NCBI GenBank assembly: GCA_041854805.1
Contig: JBHADA010000037.1
Span: 14,385-78,384, forward strand
Direction of reading: 5' to 3'
Length of the DNA: 64,000 bases
Origin: Arachnia sp.
GTDB taxonomy: Bacteria > Actinomycetota > Actinomycetes > Propionibacteriales > Propionibacteriaceae
Shown here one piece after another: positions 1-9,466 of this stretch. The notes under the pieces were generated by a model, which had not been told where the DNA came from, made no database searches, and saw only the letters and a list, made by a program, of their open reading frames with translations. Made by a program: the position numbers and the translations under genes. Within the stretch, counting starts at the first letter, position 1. Every line of letters starts with the position of its first letter.

Positions 1-96
1 ATCGTCTCCCACGACATGGCCCTGCTGGACCGGCTGGCTCTCCATCAGGTGGTGGAACTGAGCAGCGACGGGACGCTGAGGGATGCAGAAGGCTAG
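1..96 (+). CDS. 3' end of an ABC-F/ABC ATPase (partial, runs in from the window edge)
   Basis: Frame +1 reads IVSHDMALLDRL...EG*. IVSHD is the ABC H-loop typical of ABC-F proteins; stop TAG at 94-96. Confidence 0.55.
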   Translation: MVSHDMALLDRLALHQVVELSSDGTLRDAEG

Positions 97-122
97 TGTC
101 GTGTCACTCAGGAGGCACGGCA

Positions 123-800
123 CTAGCGCGTCGCCTCGCTGAGCGGGACCTCAGCGTCGGGCTCGTGGGTCATGCGGTTGCGTAGATCACGCCGCACGAT
201 CTCGATTGACCAGGCCCATACGATATGGCCCCAAAATTCGGAGAAGTGCTCGGCCCAGGTCTGCGGGCCAAAAGCATTGATCCCCTCACGAGCCACATCG
301 GACCATGGGAAGGGGTTGGGGGCCCAGCCCAGCAGCGGCATGATAACGACGTGTGCGCCGATGTAGACGAAGACGCCGAAGAGCGCGCCCTGCCACAGCT
401 TGATCCGGGGGAAGTACTCCGCTGCGATGCAGTAGATCAGTGCGCTGACGATTGCGAAGCCGAAGTGCACGATGAACGACATGATCGGGCGCGCGTTACC
501 GTTGAACATGATCATCTGGTGTGAGGCCTCGGGCGACATACCGAACCACTCGAGCATCGCCTGAGGCGGGTTCGTCGCATCGCGCTCTGGGGTACGGGGC
601 GGGAAGGGCACCTCCCACCCAAACTTCACGATGGCGGAAAAGACTCCAGCGATGAAGCCGACAAGGGTGGCAACGCCAAGACGGCGACGCATTGGGTCAG
701 TGGAACCGAAAACAGTGGCAATCATGGTGCCTCCAAAGGCAACCGACTGTAAGCCGGATCGAGTTGATGACGCGGCGTCAGTGGCAACGTCCTTGTTCAC
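123..800 (-). CDS. yagU: DUF1440 (YagU-like) inner membrane protein
   Basis: Motif IAGVFSAIVKFGWEVPFPPRTPER..TNPPQ and several hydrophobic helices. Confidence 0.75.
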   Translation of the reverse strand: MNKDVATDAASSTRSGLQSVAFGGTMIATVFGSTDPMRRRLGVATLVGFIAGVFSAIVKFGWEVPFPPRTPERDATNPPQAMLEWFGMSPEASHQMIMFNGNARPIMSFIVHFGFAIVSALIYCIAAEYFPRIKLWQGALFGVFVYIGAHVVIMPLLGWAPNPFPWSDVAREGINAFGPQTWAEHFSEFWGHIVWAWSIEIVRRDLRNRMTHEPDAEVPLSEATR

Positions 801-866
801 ACCACCATGTCATGATCCGGCTGCCAGGTCCATAGTTATGCTCCTCGTCTGGCACAGCCCTGTGGC

Positions 867-1520
867 TCAGATCAGGGCCTCGATGGCGGCCACCACCTCA
901 TGCGGTGTCAGAAAGGTGGAGTCGATGAGCGTCACTCCCTCCGCTGCATCGGTGAAGTTCGACACAGCGGAGTCATCGCGGTCCCGGCGCAGCACCTGAT
1001 CGGTCACCTCGGTCCGGTTCGCCTTGGCGCCCACCTCCGCGGCGCGACGGGAAACGCGGGCCTGCGGGTCGGCCACCAGCAACACACGCACGTCTGCGTC
1101 TGGCGCCACCACAGTGGTGATGTCGCGTCCCTCGACGACGATCCGGCGACCATGGGCATCGATAACACGCCGCATCTGATCTGTCAGCAGCCGACGCACC
1201 TCCAGGTTGGTGGCCACGGCCGATACGGCCGCAGAGATGCGGGGCTCACGGATCTCCTCGGTGACGTCCACGCCGTTGATGAGGAAACGCGGCTCCTCCG
1301 GGGAGGTCTGGCACACGATGTCAGCGTCCGCCACTAGCTGTGCCACCGCGTCAGCCGGCGACAGGTCAGGCAACACGCGGAGACACTCGGACGTGGCGGC
1401 CCGATACATGGCGCCAGTGTCCAAATAACCCAGCCCCAGCCTCTGAGCCAGGAGCTTGGCAGTAGTCGACTTTCCCGACCCGCTTGGGCCATCGATCGCG
1501 ATCAACATTGACTGTCTCAC
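867..1520 (-). CDS. cmk: Cytidylate kinase
   Basis: IAIDGPSGSGKST P-loop, YLDTGAMYRA, VVEGRDI, RDRDDS. Start moved to GTG 1520 (GGAGGAG RBS, GTGA overlap with the tyrA stop). Confidence 0.95.
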   Translation of the reverse strand: MRQSMLIAIDGPSGSGKSTTAKLLAQRLGLGYLDTGAMYRAATSECLRVLPDLSPADAVAQLVADADIVCQTSPEEPRFLINGVDVTEEIREPRISAAVSAVATNLEVRRLLTDQMRRVIDAHGRRIVVEGRDITTVVAPDADVRVLLVADPQARVSRRAAEVGAKANRTEVTDQVLRRDRDDSAVSNFTDAAEGVTLIDSTFLTPHEVVAAIEALI

Positions 1521-2584
1521 CTGTCTCCTCCTGCCCAGGCCCGCCAACCCCCAGCCACCAGGGATTGACGAAGCCGTTCCGCCACCTCAGCCTCGAATGA
1601 GATGGATAGATAGCCCACCTCCCGGGCTGGATCATGCGTCAACTCGAAGTCTTCCACGTTGAAGCCGTTCTCGCCGATGTCCGTGAACAAGCGGCCCAGG
1701 GCGTTGGGTTCGTCTGGGATCTCGACGGTGACCTCGACCACCTCGAGCGGGTCTTGCCCGTGCTTGCTGAACAGCGACTGCGCTCCCCTCTGCCCCACCG
1801 CCAGGAAGCGTTCCAACTCGTCGGGGCGATCCAACACAGCCATGAGGTAGGTCAGGTCTCCAACAATGCCAGACAGCTCACGCCGCACAGCCGCCGCGTT
1901 GGCGGATAGGATCTGGCGCCACAGCCCGGGGTCGGAACCCGCCACCCGGGTGACATCGCGGATGCCCTGGCCGGCCAGACGCAGGTTGCCTTCGGGCACG
2001 GCTCTCAGATGGCTCGCGGTCAGGATGCTCATGAGATGCGGTAGGTGGCTCACTTGCGCCACAGCCTCATCGTGCTCCTCAGGACGCATGGTCACCACGC
2101 GGGCACCAACGTCAGCGGCCATGGTCTCGATGACGGCCACATCCTCGGCGTTGGTGTCCGGCTCGGGGGTCACCACCCAGGTTCGGTCCCTGAACAACTC
2201 CGCCGATGCCGTCAGCGGTCCGGTGAACTGCGACCCGGCCATGGGATGCGATCCCACGTAGCGCGAATGTTGAGGGCGCAGCCGGCTCACGGCGGCCAGA
2301 ATGGGCTCCTTGACGGAACCGACATCGGTAACCACGGCGTCGGGGAACTTGTCCAAGGCCTCGACGACGAGGGCGGGAATAGCGCTTGGCGGCGTGGCCA
2401 CCACCACGATGGCTGGATTGTCCGTGGCCTCGTCCGAGACCTCGCCAGCCCCGCGGACCGCAGCGACAAGCGCATGCGTGGACACGACGTCCCACAGCTT
2501 GACCTGATAGCCGGCCCGGGTGAGCGCCAACCCTAATGAAGAGCCGACCAGTCCCGCGCCAAGGATGAGAACCGGCCTACCCAC
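1517..2584 (-). CDS. tyrA: Prephenate dehydrogenase with C-terminal ACT domain
   Basis: ILGAGLVGSS Rossmann motif, VTDVGSVK, GSHPMAGS, HDEAVAQVSHLPH, IPDEPNAL ACT domain. Start placed at GTG 2584, overlapping the prcA end. Confidence 0.9.
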   Translation of the reverse strand: MGRPVLILGAGLVGSSLGLALTRAGYQVKLWDVVSTHALVAAVRGAGEVSDEATDNPAIVVVATPPSAIPALVVEALDKFPDAVVTDVGSVKEPILAAVSRLRPQHSRYVGSHPMAGSQFTGPLTASAELFRDRTWVVTPEPDTNAEDVAVIETMAADVGARVVTMRPEEHDEAVAQVSHLPHLMSILTASHLRAVPEGNLRLAGQGIRDVTRVAGSDPGLWRQILSANAAAVRRELSGIVGDLTYLMAVLDRPDELERFLAVGQRGAQSLFSKHGQDPLEVVEVTVEIPDEPNALGRLFTDIGENGFNVEDFELTHDPAREVGYLSISFEAEVAERLRQSLVAGGWRAWAGGDR

Positions 2585-3227
2585 GGATGGTCCCCGTGAC
2601 CCGACGGAACGTGCGCCGACGCGTCGAGGAACGTTCCAGCACCGCCACCTCCAGTTGTGTCGATCGCAACGCCTCGCCCGCCAAATCGACGGCCTCACCC
2701 AGGGAGGCTTCCGCGTTGAAACGTTCCCGAAGGGTTTCGGCAACGCGCTCCGCCTCGCCGCCGATGACCGCGACGTCGGGCTCGTCGCTGATCACACCGT
2801 CATAACCGATGCGGTACAGCACATCCGAGGCTGGTTGCTCGCCCAGTTCAGCGACGATGAGTTCCACCTCGTAGGGCTTCTCCGCCGCCGAGGCGAACGC
2901 GCCGCCCAGAAGCTGGGAGTAGGCCCCAGCCAGCGAGCGCCCCGTCACGTCACTGCGATCATAGGAGTATCCGCGAAGGTCGCAGTGGCGGATGCCCGCG
3001 ATGCGCAACGCCTCGAACTCGTGGTAGCGGCCCACGGCGGCGAAGCCTAGGCGATCGTAGATCTCGGCCACCTTCTTCAAGGTGGTGGAGGGGTTGTCGG
3101 CTACCAGCGCGATGCCGTCGCCGTAGCGCAGCACCGCCACGGCCCGTCCGCGAGCGATTCCCTTGCGGGCAAACTCTGCCCGGTCCTGCATCTGCTGCTC
3201 GGGCGTGACGTAGAAACTCATACTCAT
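2577..3227 (-). CDS. prcA: 20S proteasome alpha subunit
   Basis: MSMSFYVTPEQQMQDRAEFARKGIARGR gate segment, KVAEIYDR, DLRGYSYDRSDVTGR, EKPYEVEL. Confidence 0.95.
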   Translation of the reverse strand: MSMSFYVTPEQQMQDRAEFARKGIARGRAVAVLRYGDGIALVADNPSTTLKKVAEIYDRLGFAAVGRYHEFEALRIAGIRHCDLRGYSYDRSDVTGRSLAGAYSQLLGGAFASAAEKPYEVELIVAELGEQPASDVLYRIGYDGVISDEPDVAVIGGEAERVAETLRERFNAEASLGEAVDLAGEALRSTQLEVAVLERSSTRRRTFRRVTGTIRG

Positions 3228-4003
3228 CGCGCATTCCCCCTAGGGCCATCGGGGCGCAGTGCCCTGCCTGCGACCACCTCCTCGGCCACGCGACGCACGC
3301 CCGGCTCGTCCCAGCGGGCCACGCCCTCGCCGGAGGCACGCATGACGATGGGCAGGATTCCGCGGGTGAGGTCCAAGCCGGACGTGGCGGAGTCATCGTC
3401 GGCAGCGTCGTAGAGGGACTGAAGCAACGCGGCAACGGCGCTCACCTCGTCAGCGTGTGGGTCGTGCAGCTTCTTCAACGCCCCACGCGCGGAGAGTGCG
3501 CCAGAGCCAACGGCGCAGAAGGACTGCTCCTCGTAACGCCCGCCGGTCGTGTCATAGCTGAACATGCGCCCTTGACGGGCGCGTTCGTCCCAGCCCACGA
3601 ACAAGGGCACGACACCAAGCCCCTGCATGGCCTGAGGGAGGTTGCCACGGAGCAACGCCCCCAGCCGGTTGGCCTTGCCGTCGAAACTCAATGGTGCCGA
3701 CTCGATTTTCTCGAAATGCTCGAGTTCCATCTGGAAAAGCTTGACGAGTTCGACGGCGATGCCGGCAACACCGGCAATCCCGATGATGGACGAGTCGTCG
3801 GCGCCGAAGATCTTCTCAATGTCACGCAGCGCGATGGCTGACCCCACGGTCGCGCGCCTGTCTCCCGCCATCACCACCCCATCGGCATACTTGGCCGCGA
3901 CGATGGTGGTGCCGTGCGGCGCGTCCGGCAGATCCGCGAGCCGCGGCAGGCTCTCCGGGGCCGCGTCACGCAGATAGGTCGCGAATGACGGGGTCAGGCT
4001 CAT
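3224..4003 (-). CDS. prcB: 20S proteasome beta subunit precursor
   Basis: Propeptide ending PHG|TTIVA (catalytic Thr1), AGDRRAT, AMQGL.VVPLF, GSGAL.ARGALKK. Start at ATG 4003 with GGTGGAG RBS. Confidence 0.95.
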   Translation of the reverse strand: MSLTPSFATYLRDAAPESLPRLADLPDAPHGTTIVAAKYADGVVMAGDRRATVGSAIALRDIEKIFGADDSSIIGIAGVAGIAVELVKLFQMELEHFEKIESAPLSFDGKANRLGALLRGNLPQAMQGLGVVPLFVGWDERARQGRMFSYDTTGGRYEEQSFCAVGSGALSARGALKKLHDPHADEVSAVAALLQSLYDAADDDSATSGLDLTRGILPIVMRASGEGVARWDEPGVRRVAEEVVAGRALRPDGPRGNAR

Positions 4004-4026
4004 CTCCACCCCCCTATAGTGGCCGC

Positions 4027-4377
4027 ATGAACCGCGCCATGCCAATCTTGTTCGACCTCGTGGCCGTGTTGCTTTTCGCACTGATCGGGCGCCTATCGCA
4101 TGGGCTGGATGCGGTGGGACTGTTCTTAACGGGATGGCCGTTCCTCGTCGCCTGCCTGGTGGCCTGGGGTGTGCTGTTGTTCATGCGTGATCCAGGCACG
4201 GGTCTGCGGGCAGGGATCATCGTCTGGTTCGTCACGCTCGCCGGTGGCATGGGGCTGCGCGTGGCCTCGGGCGAGACCGCCGCGGCTGCGTTCATCATCG
4301 TGGCCTCGATCTTCCTAGCCCTTGTTCTTGGCGGTTGGCGCCTCATCTTCTGGATGAGGCGCCGACGAACCGCCTAA
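4027..4377 (+). CDS. DUF3054 family membrane protein
   Basis: D..AVLLFALIGRLSH, WPFL, GMGLRVASG....AFIIVA pattern. TATAGT -10 lies 6 nt before ATG 4027. Confidence 0.8.
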   Translation: MNRAMPILFDLVAVLLFALIGRLSHGLDAVGLFLTGWPFLVACLVAWGVLLFMRDPGTGLRAGIIVWFVTLAGGMGLRVASGETAAAAFIIVASIFLALVLGGWRLIFWMRRRRTA

Positions 4378-5270
4378 CGCTCCACCGGGATGTTCGCGGG
4401 TCGCGGACCTGAGTAGTCCGGCCCGTAGGCCCCCGGCGCGGGGCGGCGCTTGCGCATGGGCGCCTGCACACCGGGCGCGAGCCGTCGCGAGAAGACGAGG
4501 AAGCCGGTATGACCCGATGTGCCGTGGCCGGGGCGGATAGCCAGGCCCTCGGCGTGCCAATCGCGCACCGTCGTCTCGGTGGCATGCGGCTCGGTGAAGC
4601 CCCCGTGAGCCCGTAGCGTGTCGGCAACTCGTCCGAGCTGTGTGGCGGTAGCGACGTAACAGCACAGCACTCCGCCGGGCACGAGCCTCTCCCCCACCAC
4701 ATCGACGCATTCCCATGGGGCCAGCATGTCGAGGATGGCGCGGTCGACGGGCTCGTCGCGGATCTCCTCCACAAGGTCGCCGACGGTGAGCCGCCACGCC
4801 GGGTGCTCCCCACCGATCCATGTGGCCACATTCGCGGCCGCGACGTCGGCGAATTCCTGCCGACGCTCGTAGCTGTCGAGCCTCCCCTCGGGCCCGATGG
4901 CGCGCAGCAGGGCGAGGCTCAAGGCGCCGGAGCCCACACCCGCCTCCAATACCCGGGCTCCGGGAAAGATGTCGGCCCACATGAGGATCTGGGCCGCATC
5001 CTTGGGGTAGATCACGGCCGCCTCGCGCGGCATAGAGACCATGAACTCATTCAGGAGAGGGCGCAAGGCTAGGTACTGCATGCCGCCGGCCGACGTGACC
5101 ACAACGCCTTCCGGCCCGTCAATCAGCGCGTCGTGGCTCACTGCGCCCTTGGACGTGTGCCAGTGGGCTCCCCTGCGTAGCACGATGGACTTGCGGCGGC
5201 CCTTCGAGTCGGTGAGCGTGATCCGCTCACCTTCTCGAAGCGGCCCGGTGGTGACACCAGACAGGTTCAC
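4374..5270 (-). CDS. trmI: tRNA (adenine-N1)-methyltransferase
   Basis: MPREAAVIYPKDAAQI, VLEAGVGSGALS, LDMLAPWE, GHTGFL. Start GTG 5270 (AAGGAG RBS, GTGA overlap). Confidence 0.92.
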   Translation of the reverse strand: MNLSGVTTGPLREGERITLTDSKGRRKSIVLRRGAHWHTSKGAVSHDALIDGPEGVVVTSAGGMQYLALRPLLNEFMVSMPREAAVIYPKDAAQILMWADIFPGARVLEAGVGSGALSLALLRAIGPEGRLDSYERRQEFADVAAANVATWIGGEHPAWRLTVGDLVEEIRDEPVDRAILDMLAPWECVDVVGERLVPGGVLCCYVATATQLGRVADTLRAHGGFTEPHATETTVRDWHAEGLAIRPGHGTSGHTGFLVFSRRLAPGVQAPMRKRRPAPGAYGPDYSGPRPANIPVER

Positions 5271-5941
5271 GAGTTCTCCTTTCGCGCGCGCCACACGTCA
5301 CGCAGGTAGTCGAAGGTGACCCCGTTCAAGCCGTCTGGCGTCACATGCAGTCGTGGGCTCGACGGTAGGGGCAGGCCGGGTAGCATACCCAGCACGACGG
5401 CTCCGGTGGCGAGCGCGGCCGTGACACCGGGCACCGAGTCCTCCAGAATGACCACCTCGCCGGGAGTGACTCCCAGCAGCGACATGGCTCTTTGGTACCC
5501 CTCCGGGTCGGGCTTGAGTTCGGTCACATCATCGGCGGTGATGATGAAGGCGACGTTGGGAGGCAACCGGTCCACGCTGGCGTCAATGACAAGCCGGTTG
5601 CTCGCCGTCACGATGGCGCAAGGCACGTTCACCTCGTCCAACTCCGTCAAGAGTTCGCGGGCTCCGGGTAGAAAGGGAGGATCGTGGCTACGGATGTGCT
5701 CGGCCACCCGGGCGTGCAATTCGTCGTGGATCTGCTGTGGGGTGACCGACGGGTCAAAGGCGCGTCGCATCGCCTCGATGGTCAACCACGCCGATTGACC
5801 TCGCATGGCCGCGTGTTCCTCCGGTGTGAAGGCGGCCCCGCGCTCACGCATCATCTCCTGCTCAACCAGACACCACACTGGTTCGGTGTCGACCAGCGTG
5901 CCGTCATAGTCCAGCAGGACGGCCCTCAATTCATCCGGCAT
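5267..5941 (-). CDS. HAD superfamily phosphatase
   Basis: DYDGTLVDTE motif I, KPDPEGY, EDSVPGV. Start placed at ATG 5941. Confidence 0.9.
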   Translation of the reverse strand: MPDELRAVLLDYDGTLVDTEPVWCLVEQEMMRERGAAFTPEEHAAMRGQSAWLTIEAMRRAFDPSVTPQQIHDELHARVAEHIRSHDPPFLPGARELLTELDEVNVPCAIVTASNRLVIDASVDRLPPNVAFIITADDVTELKPDPEGYQRAMSLLGVTPGEVVILEDSVPGVTAALATGAVVLGMLPGLPLPSSPRLHVTPDGLNGVTFDYLRDVWRARKENS

Positions 5942-8900
5942 TGAAGTATTTGGCCTCGGGGTGGTGCACGACGATGGCATCGGTTGACTGCTCAGGATGC
6001 AACTGGAGTTCCTCGCTCAGCTCGACACCGATACGACTGGGGTCCAGCATCTCCACGAGCTTGATCCGGTCCTCCATGGTGGGGCATGCGGGGTAACCGA
6101 ACGAGTAGCGTGAACCGCGGTAGGCCTGGTTCTTGATGGCCTCGGCAATGGTGCCGTCCTCGTCGCTAGTCAATCCGAGTTCTTGGCGGATGCGGTGATG
6201 CCACAACTCGGCGAGTGCCTCGGTGAGCTGAACCGACAGGCCGTGCAACTCCAGGTACTCGCGGTAGGAATTGCCCTCGAACAGTCGCTGGGTTCCCTCG
6301 GCTACCTCGCGCCCCATAGTGACCAGTTGCATGGCCAAAACGTCTGGCCCGAACTCGGCGGCCTCGGCCTCATCCCGGAAGAAGTCAGCTAGACACAGGC
6401 GGCGACCGCGGCGCTGGCGGGGGAACGTGAACCGGGTCAGTTCGCGGGCAGGATCATCCGGAAAGCCGACGATGAGCGTCTCACCTTCCGAATGCACCGG
6501 GAAATAGCCATAGACCACGCCGAAGTTGGCCAGCGACTCGGTCTTGATCCGATCCAGCCACATCCGCAACCGCGGCTTGGCCTCGGTCTCCACAAGTTCC
6601 TCGTAAGTCGGCCCGTCCTTGAGGGCCTTGAGACCCCACTGCCCCATGAAAGTCGCACGATGATCGAGCCAAGCCGCCACGTCGGCCAAAGCGACCCCTT
6701 TGACTACCCGGGTGCCCCAGAACGGCGGGGTGGGCACATCGATGTGGCGTGCAACGTCGGAGCGTTCACCTGGACCAGACTCGTCCGTCTCGACCAGCGA
6801 CGTCTTGGCGTGGCGGCGCTTACGAGGCTCGGGCAACGCGGCTCCAGGCACTCCTTGCTTGACGGCCATCACCGCGTCCATGAGCGCCAATCCCTCAAAT
6901 GCGTCCTTGGCATAGCGCACCTCGCCGTCGAACATGTCGCCAAGGTCATGCTCGACGAAGGTGCGGGTCAGAGCGGCACCCCCCAGCAACACCGGGTATT
7001 TCTGCGCCAACCCGAGGCGGTTCAACTCAGCCAGGTTGTCCTTCATCACGAGAGTGGACTTGACCAGCAGCCCGGACATGCCGATGGCGTCGGCACCGTG
7101 GGCCTCGGCGGCTTCGACGATGGCGCCGATGGGTTGCTTAATGCCGATGTTGATCACCGTGTAACCGTTGTTGCTGACGATGATGTCAACGAGATTCTTG
7201 CCGATGTCGTGCACGTCGCCACGCACCGTGGCGAGCACGAGCGTGCCCTTGCCCGCTCCCGCCCCGGACGAGTCCATGTGCGGCTCCAGATGTGCCACGG
7301 CAGCCTTCATCACCTCGGCCGACTGCAACACGAATGGAAGCTGCATCTTGCCCGCCCCGAAAAGCTCCCCCACCACTTTCATACCGGCGAGAAGGTCCTC
7401 GTTGATGATGTCGAGCGCCGCCTTGGCCTGGAGGGCCTCGGCAAGGTCGGTATCGAGGCCTTTGGCCTCCCCATCGATGATGCGCCGCTGGAGCCGTTCG
7501 CTCAGTGGGAGCGCCGCGAGTTCGGCGGCGCGGCTGGCGCGGGCCGACGCCGCGGTGACGCCCTCAAACAGTTCCAGCAGCCGAGAGAGTGGGTCGTAAC
7601 CCTCGCGGCGCCGGTCGTAGACGAGATCCAGGGCCACGTCACGCTGCTCGGCCGGGATCCGGTCCATGGGCAAGATCTTGGCGCTATGTACGATGGCCGA
7701 ATCCAGCCCAGCGGCGACACATTCGTGCAGGAACACGGAATTGAGCACGATACGGGCGGCGGGGTTGAGCCCGAACGAGATGTTGGACACCCCCAGCGTG
7801 GTTCGCACCCCTGGATACCGGCGCTTCAGTTCACGAATGGCTTCGATGGTCTCAATGCCGTCGCGACGAGTCTCCTCCTGGCCTGTGGCGATCGGGAAGG
7901 TGAGGCAGTCGACGAGGATGTCGCCCACATCCATGCCCCAGGTGCCGACCAGATCATCGATCAGACGCGATGCGACGCGCACCTTCCACTCTGCGGTGCG
8001 CGCCTGGCCAGCCTCGTCAATGGTGAGCGCGACGACCGCCGCACCGTGCTCCGCCACCAGCGGCATGATTCGAGCAAAGCGTGACCCTGGCCCATCGCCA
8101 TCCTCGTAGTTGACAGAGTTGATGATGCAGCGACCAGCCAGTCGTTCCAGGCCCGCACGCAACACGTCCGGCTCGGTGGAATCCAGGACGATCGGCAAGG
8201 TGACCGAGGTGGACAATCGCGAGGCAAGCTCCGTCATGTCGGCTACGCCGTCGCGGCCCACATAGTCGACGCACAGGTCCAGCACGTGAGCGCCGTCGCG
8301 GGCCTGAGCCTTGGCGATCTCCACGCATTCGCCCCAGTTCTCGGCCAACATGGCCTCGCGGAACGCCTTGGACCCGTTGGCATTGGTGCGCTCGCCGATG
8401 TTGAGATAGCTGGCGTCTTGGGCGAAGGGAGTCTCGATGTAGAGGCTGGAGCATCCTCGCTCGGTCTCGATGTCGCGCGGAGCCACCGGTTGGCCGCCGT
8501 AGCGTTGCGCGAGCAAGGAAATGTGTTCTGGGGTCGTACCGCAGCATCCCCCGATCACGGACAGTCCGAACTCTCCGACGAAGGCGCCCAGTGCGTTGGC
8601 CAAATCATCGGGACCCAACGGATACCGTGCTCCGTCGGCCGTCAACTCCGGTAGCCCAGCGTTGGGCATGGCTCCCACCGCGATGCCCGCCCGCCGCGAC
8701 AGGTGCCGCAAATGCTCGCTCATCTCCGCGGGGCCGGTGGCACAGTTGAGGCCGATGCAGTCGATGCCCAAGGCCTCCAGCGTGGTCAGCGCAGCGCCGA
8801 TCTCGGTGCCCAACAGCATGGTGCCGGTCGTCTCCACCGTTACGTTGACCAAAATGGGCAGATCCGCACCCGCCTCGGCCCGGGCACGCCGGGCAGCGAT

Positions 8901-9407
8901 GACGGCTGCCTTGGCCTGCAGCAGGTCTTGACAAGTCTCGATCTGCACAGCATCGATCCCGCCACGAATCATGGCCGCCACCTGCACCTGGTAGGCGTCG
9001 CGGATGGCCTCGAAGGAGACATGCCCCAGCGTCGGAAGCTTTGTTCCCGGGCCCACGGATCCCAGGACGAACCGTGGCTTGTCGCCGTATTCGTCGGCGA
9101 CGCCCCTAGCGATCCGGGCCGCGGCCTCCGCCAGTTCGTCGAGCCGGTCGACGATGCCGTACTCCCCCAGAGCCGCCAGGTTGGTACCGAAGGAGTTGGT
9201 GGTCACCGCGTCCGAGCCCGCGTCGAAATAGGCGCGGTGCACTGCCGCGACCACATCGGGCCGGGTGACGTTGAGCACCTCGTTGCATCCTTCGAGGCCT
9301 TGGAAATCCGTCTCAAGGGTGAGGTCCCCGAAGGACTGCAACATGGTGCCCATCGCCCCGTCGGCGACGATTACGCGGCGGGCAAGCAGATCTCTCAGGT
9401 TCGGCAC
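5931..9407 (-). CDS. metH: Cobalamin-dependent methionine synthase
   Basis: DGAMGT, ETCQDLLQ, GLNCATGP, GGCCGT, IGERTNANGSK, GDVHDIGKNLV (B12-binding DxHxxG), GSRYSFGYPACP. Confidence 0.97.
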   Translation of the reverse strand: MPNLRDLLARRVIVADGAMGTMLQSFGDLTLETDFQGLEGCNEVLNVTRPDVVAAVHRAYFDAGSDAVTTNSFGTNLAALGEYGIVDRLDELAEAAARIARGVADEYGDKPRFVLGSVGPGTKLPTLGHVSFEAIRDAYQVQVAAMIRGGIDAVQIETCQDLLQAKAAVIAARRARAEAGADLPILVNVTVETTGTMLLGTEIGAALTTLEALGIDCIGLNCATGPAEMSEHLRHLSRRAGIAVGAMPNAGLPELTADGARYPLGPDDLANALGAFVGEFGLSVIGGCCGTTPEHISLLAQRYGGQPVAPRDIETERGCSSLYIETPFAQDASYLNIGERTNANGSKAFREAMLAENWGECVEIAKAQARDGAHVLDLCVDYVGRDGVADMTELASRLSTSVTLPIVLDSTEPDVLRAGLERLAGRCIINSVNYEDGDGPGSRFARIMPLVAEHGAAVVALTIDEAGQARTAEWKVRVASRLIDDLVGTWGMDVGDILVDCLTFPIATGQEETRRDGIETIEAIRELKRRYPGVRTTLGVSNISFGLNPAARIVLNSVFLHECVAAGLDSAIVHSAKILPMDRIPAEQRDVALDLVYDRRREGYDPLSRLLELFEGVTAASARASRAAELAALPLSERLQRRIIDGEAKGLDTDLAEALQAKAALDIINEDLLAGMKVVGELFGAGKMQLPFVLQSAEVMKAAVAHLEPHMDSSGAGAGKGTLVLATVRGDVHDIGKNLVDIIVSNNGYTVINIGIKQPIGAIVEAAEAHGADAIGMSGLLVKSTLVMKDNLAELNRLGLAQKYPVLLGGAALTRTFVEHDLGDMFDGEVRYAKDAFEGLALMDAVMAVKQGVPGAALPEPRKRRHAKTSLVETDESGPGERSDVARHIDVPTPPFWGTRVVKGVALADVAAWLDHRATFMGQWGLKALKDGPTYEELVETEAKPRLRMWLDRIKTESLANFGVVYGYFPVHSEGETLIVGFPDDPARELTRFTFPRQRRGRRLCLADFFRDEAEAAEFGPDVLAMQLVTMGREVAEGTQRLFEGNSYREYLELHGLSVQLTEALAELWHHRIRQELGLTSDEDGTIAEAIKNQAYRGSRYSFGYPACPTMEDRIKLVEMLDPSRIGVELSEELQLHPEQSTDAIVVHHPEAKYFNAG

Positions 9408-9466
9408 CGGATCAGCCTACCCCGCGATGCTCTGAGCCCGACGCTCATAGCCACCGATCTCCAGAC

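Noticed and set aside
9408-9466. Possible SAM or B12 riboswitch upstream of metH (also checked for metK)
   Set aside because: The gap is only 59 bp with a leaderless-type -10 and no aptamer motifs. metK overlaps rpoZ directly.
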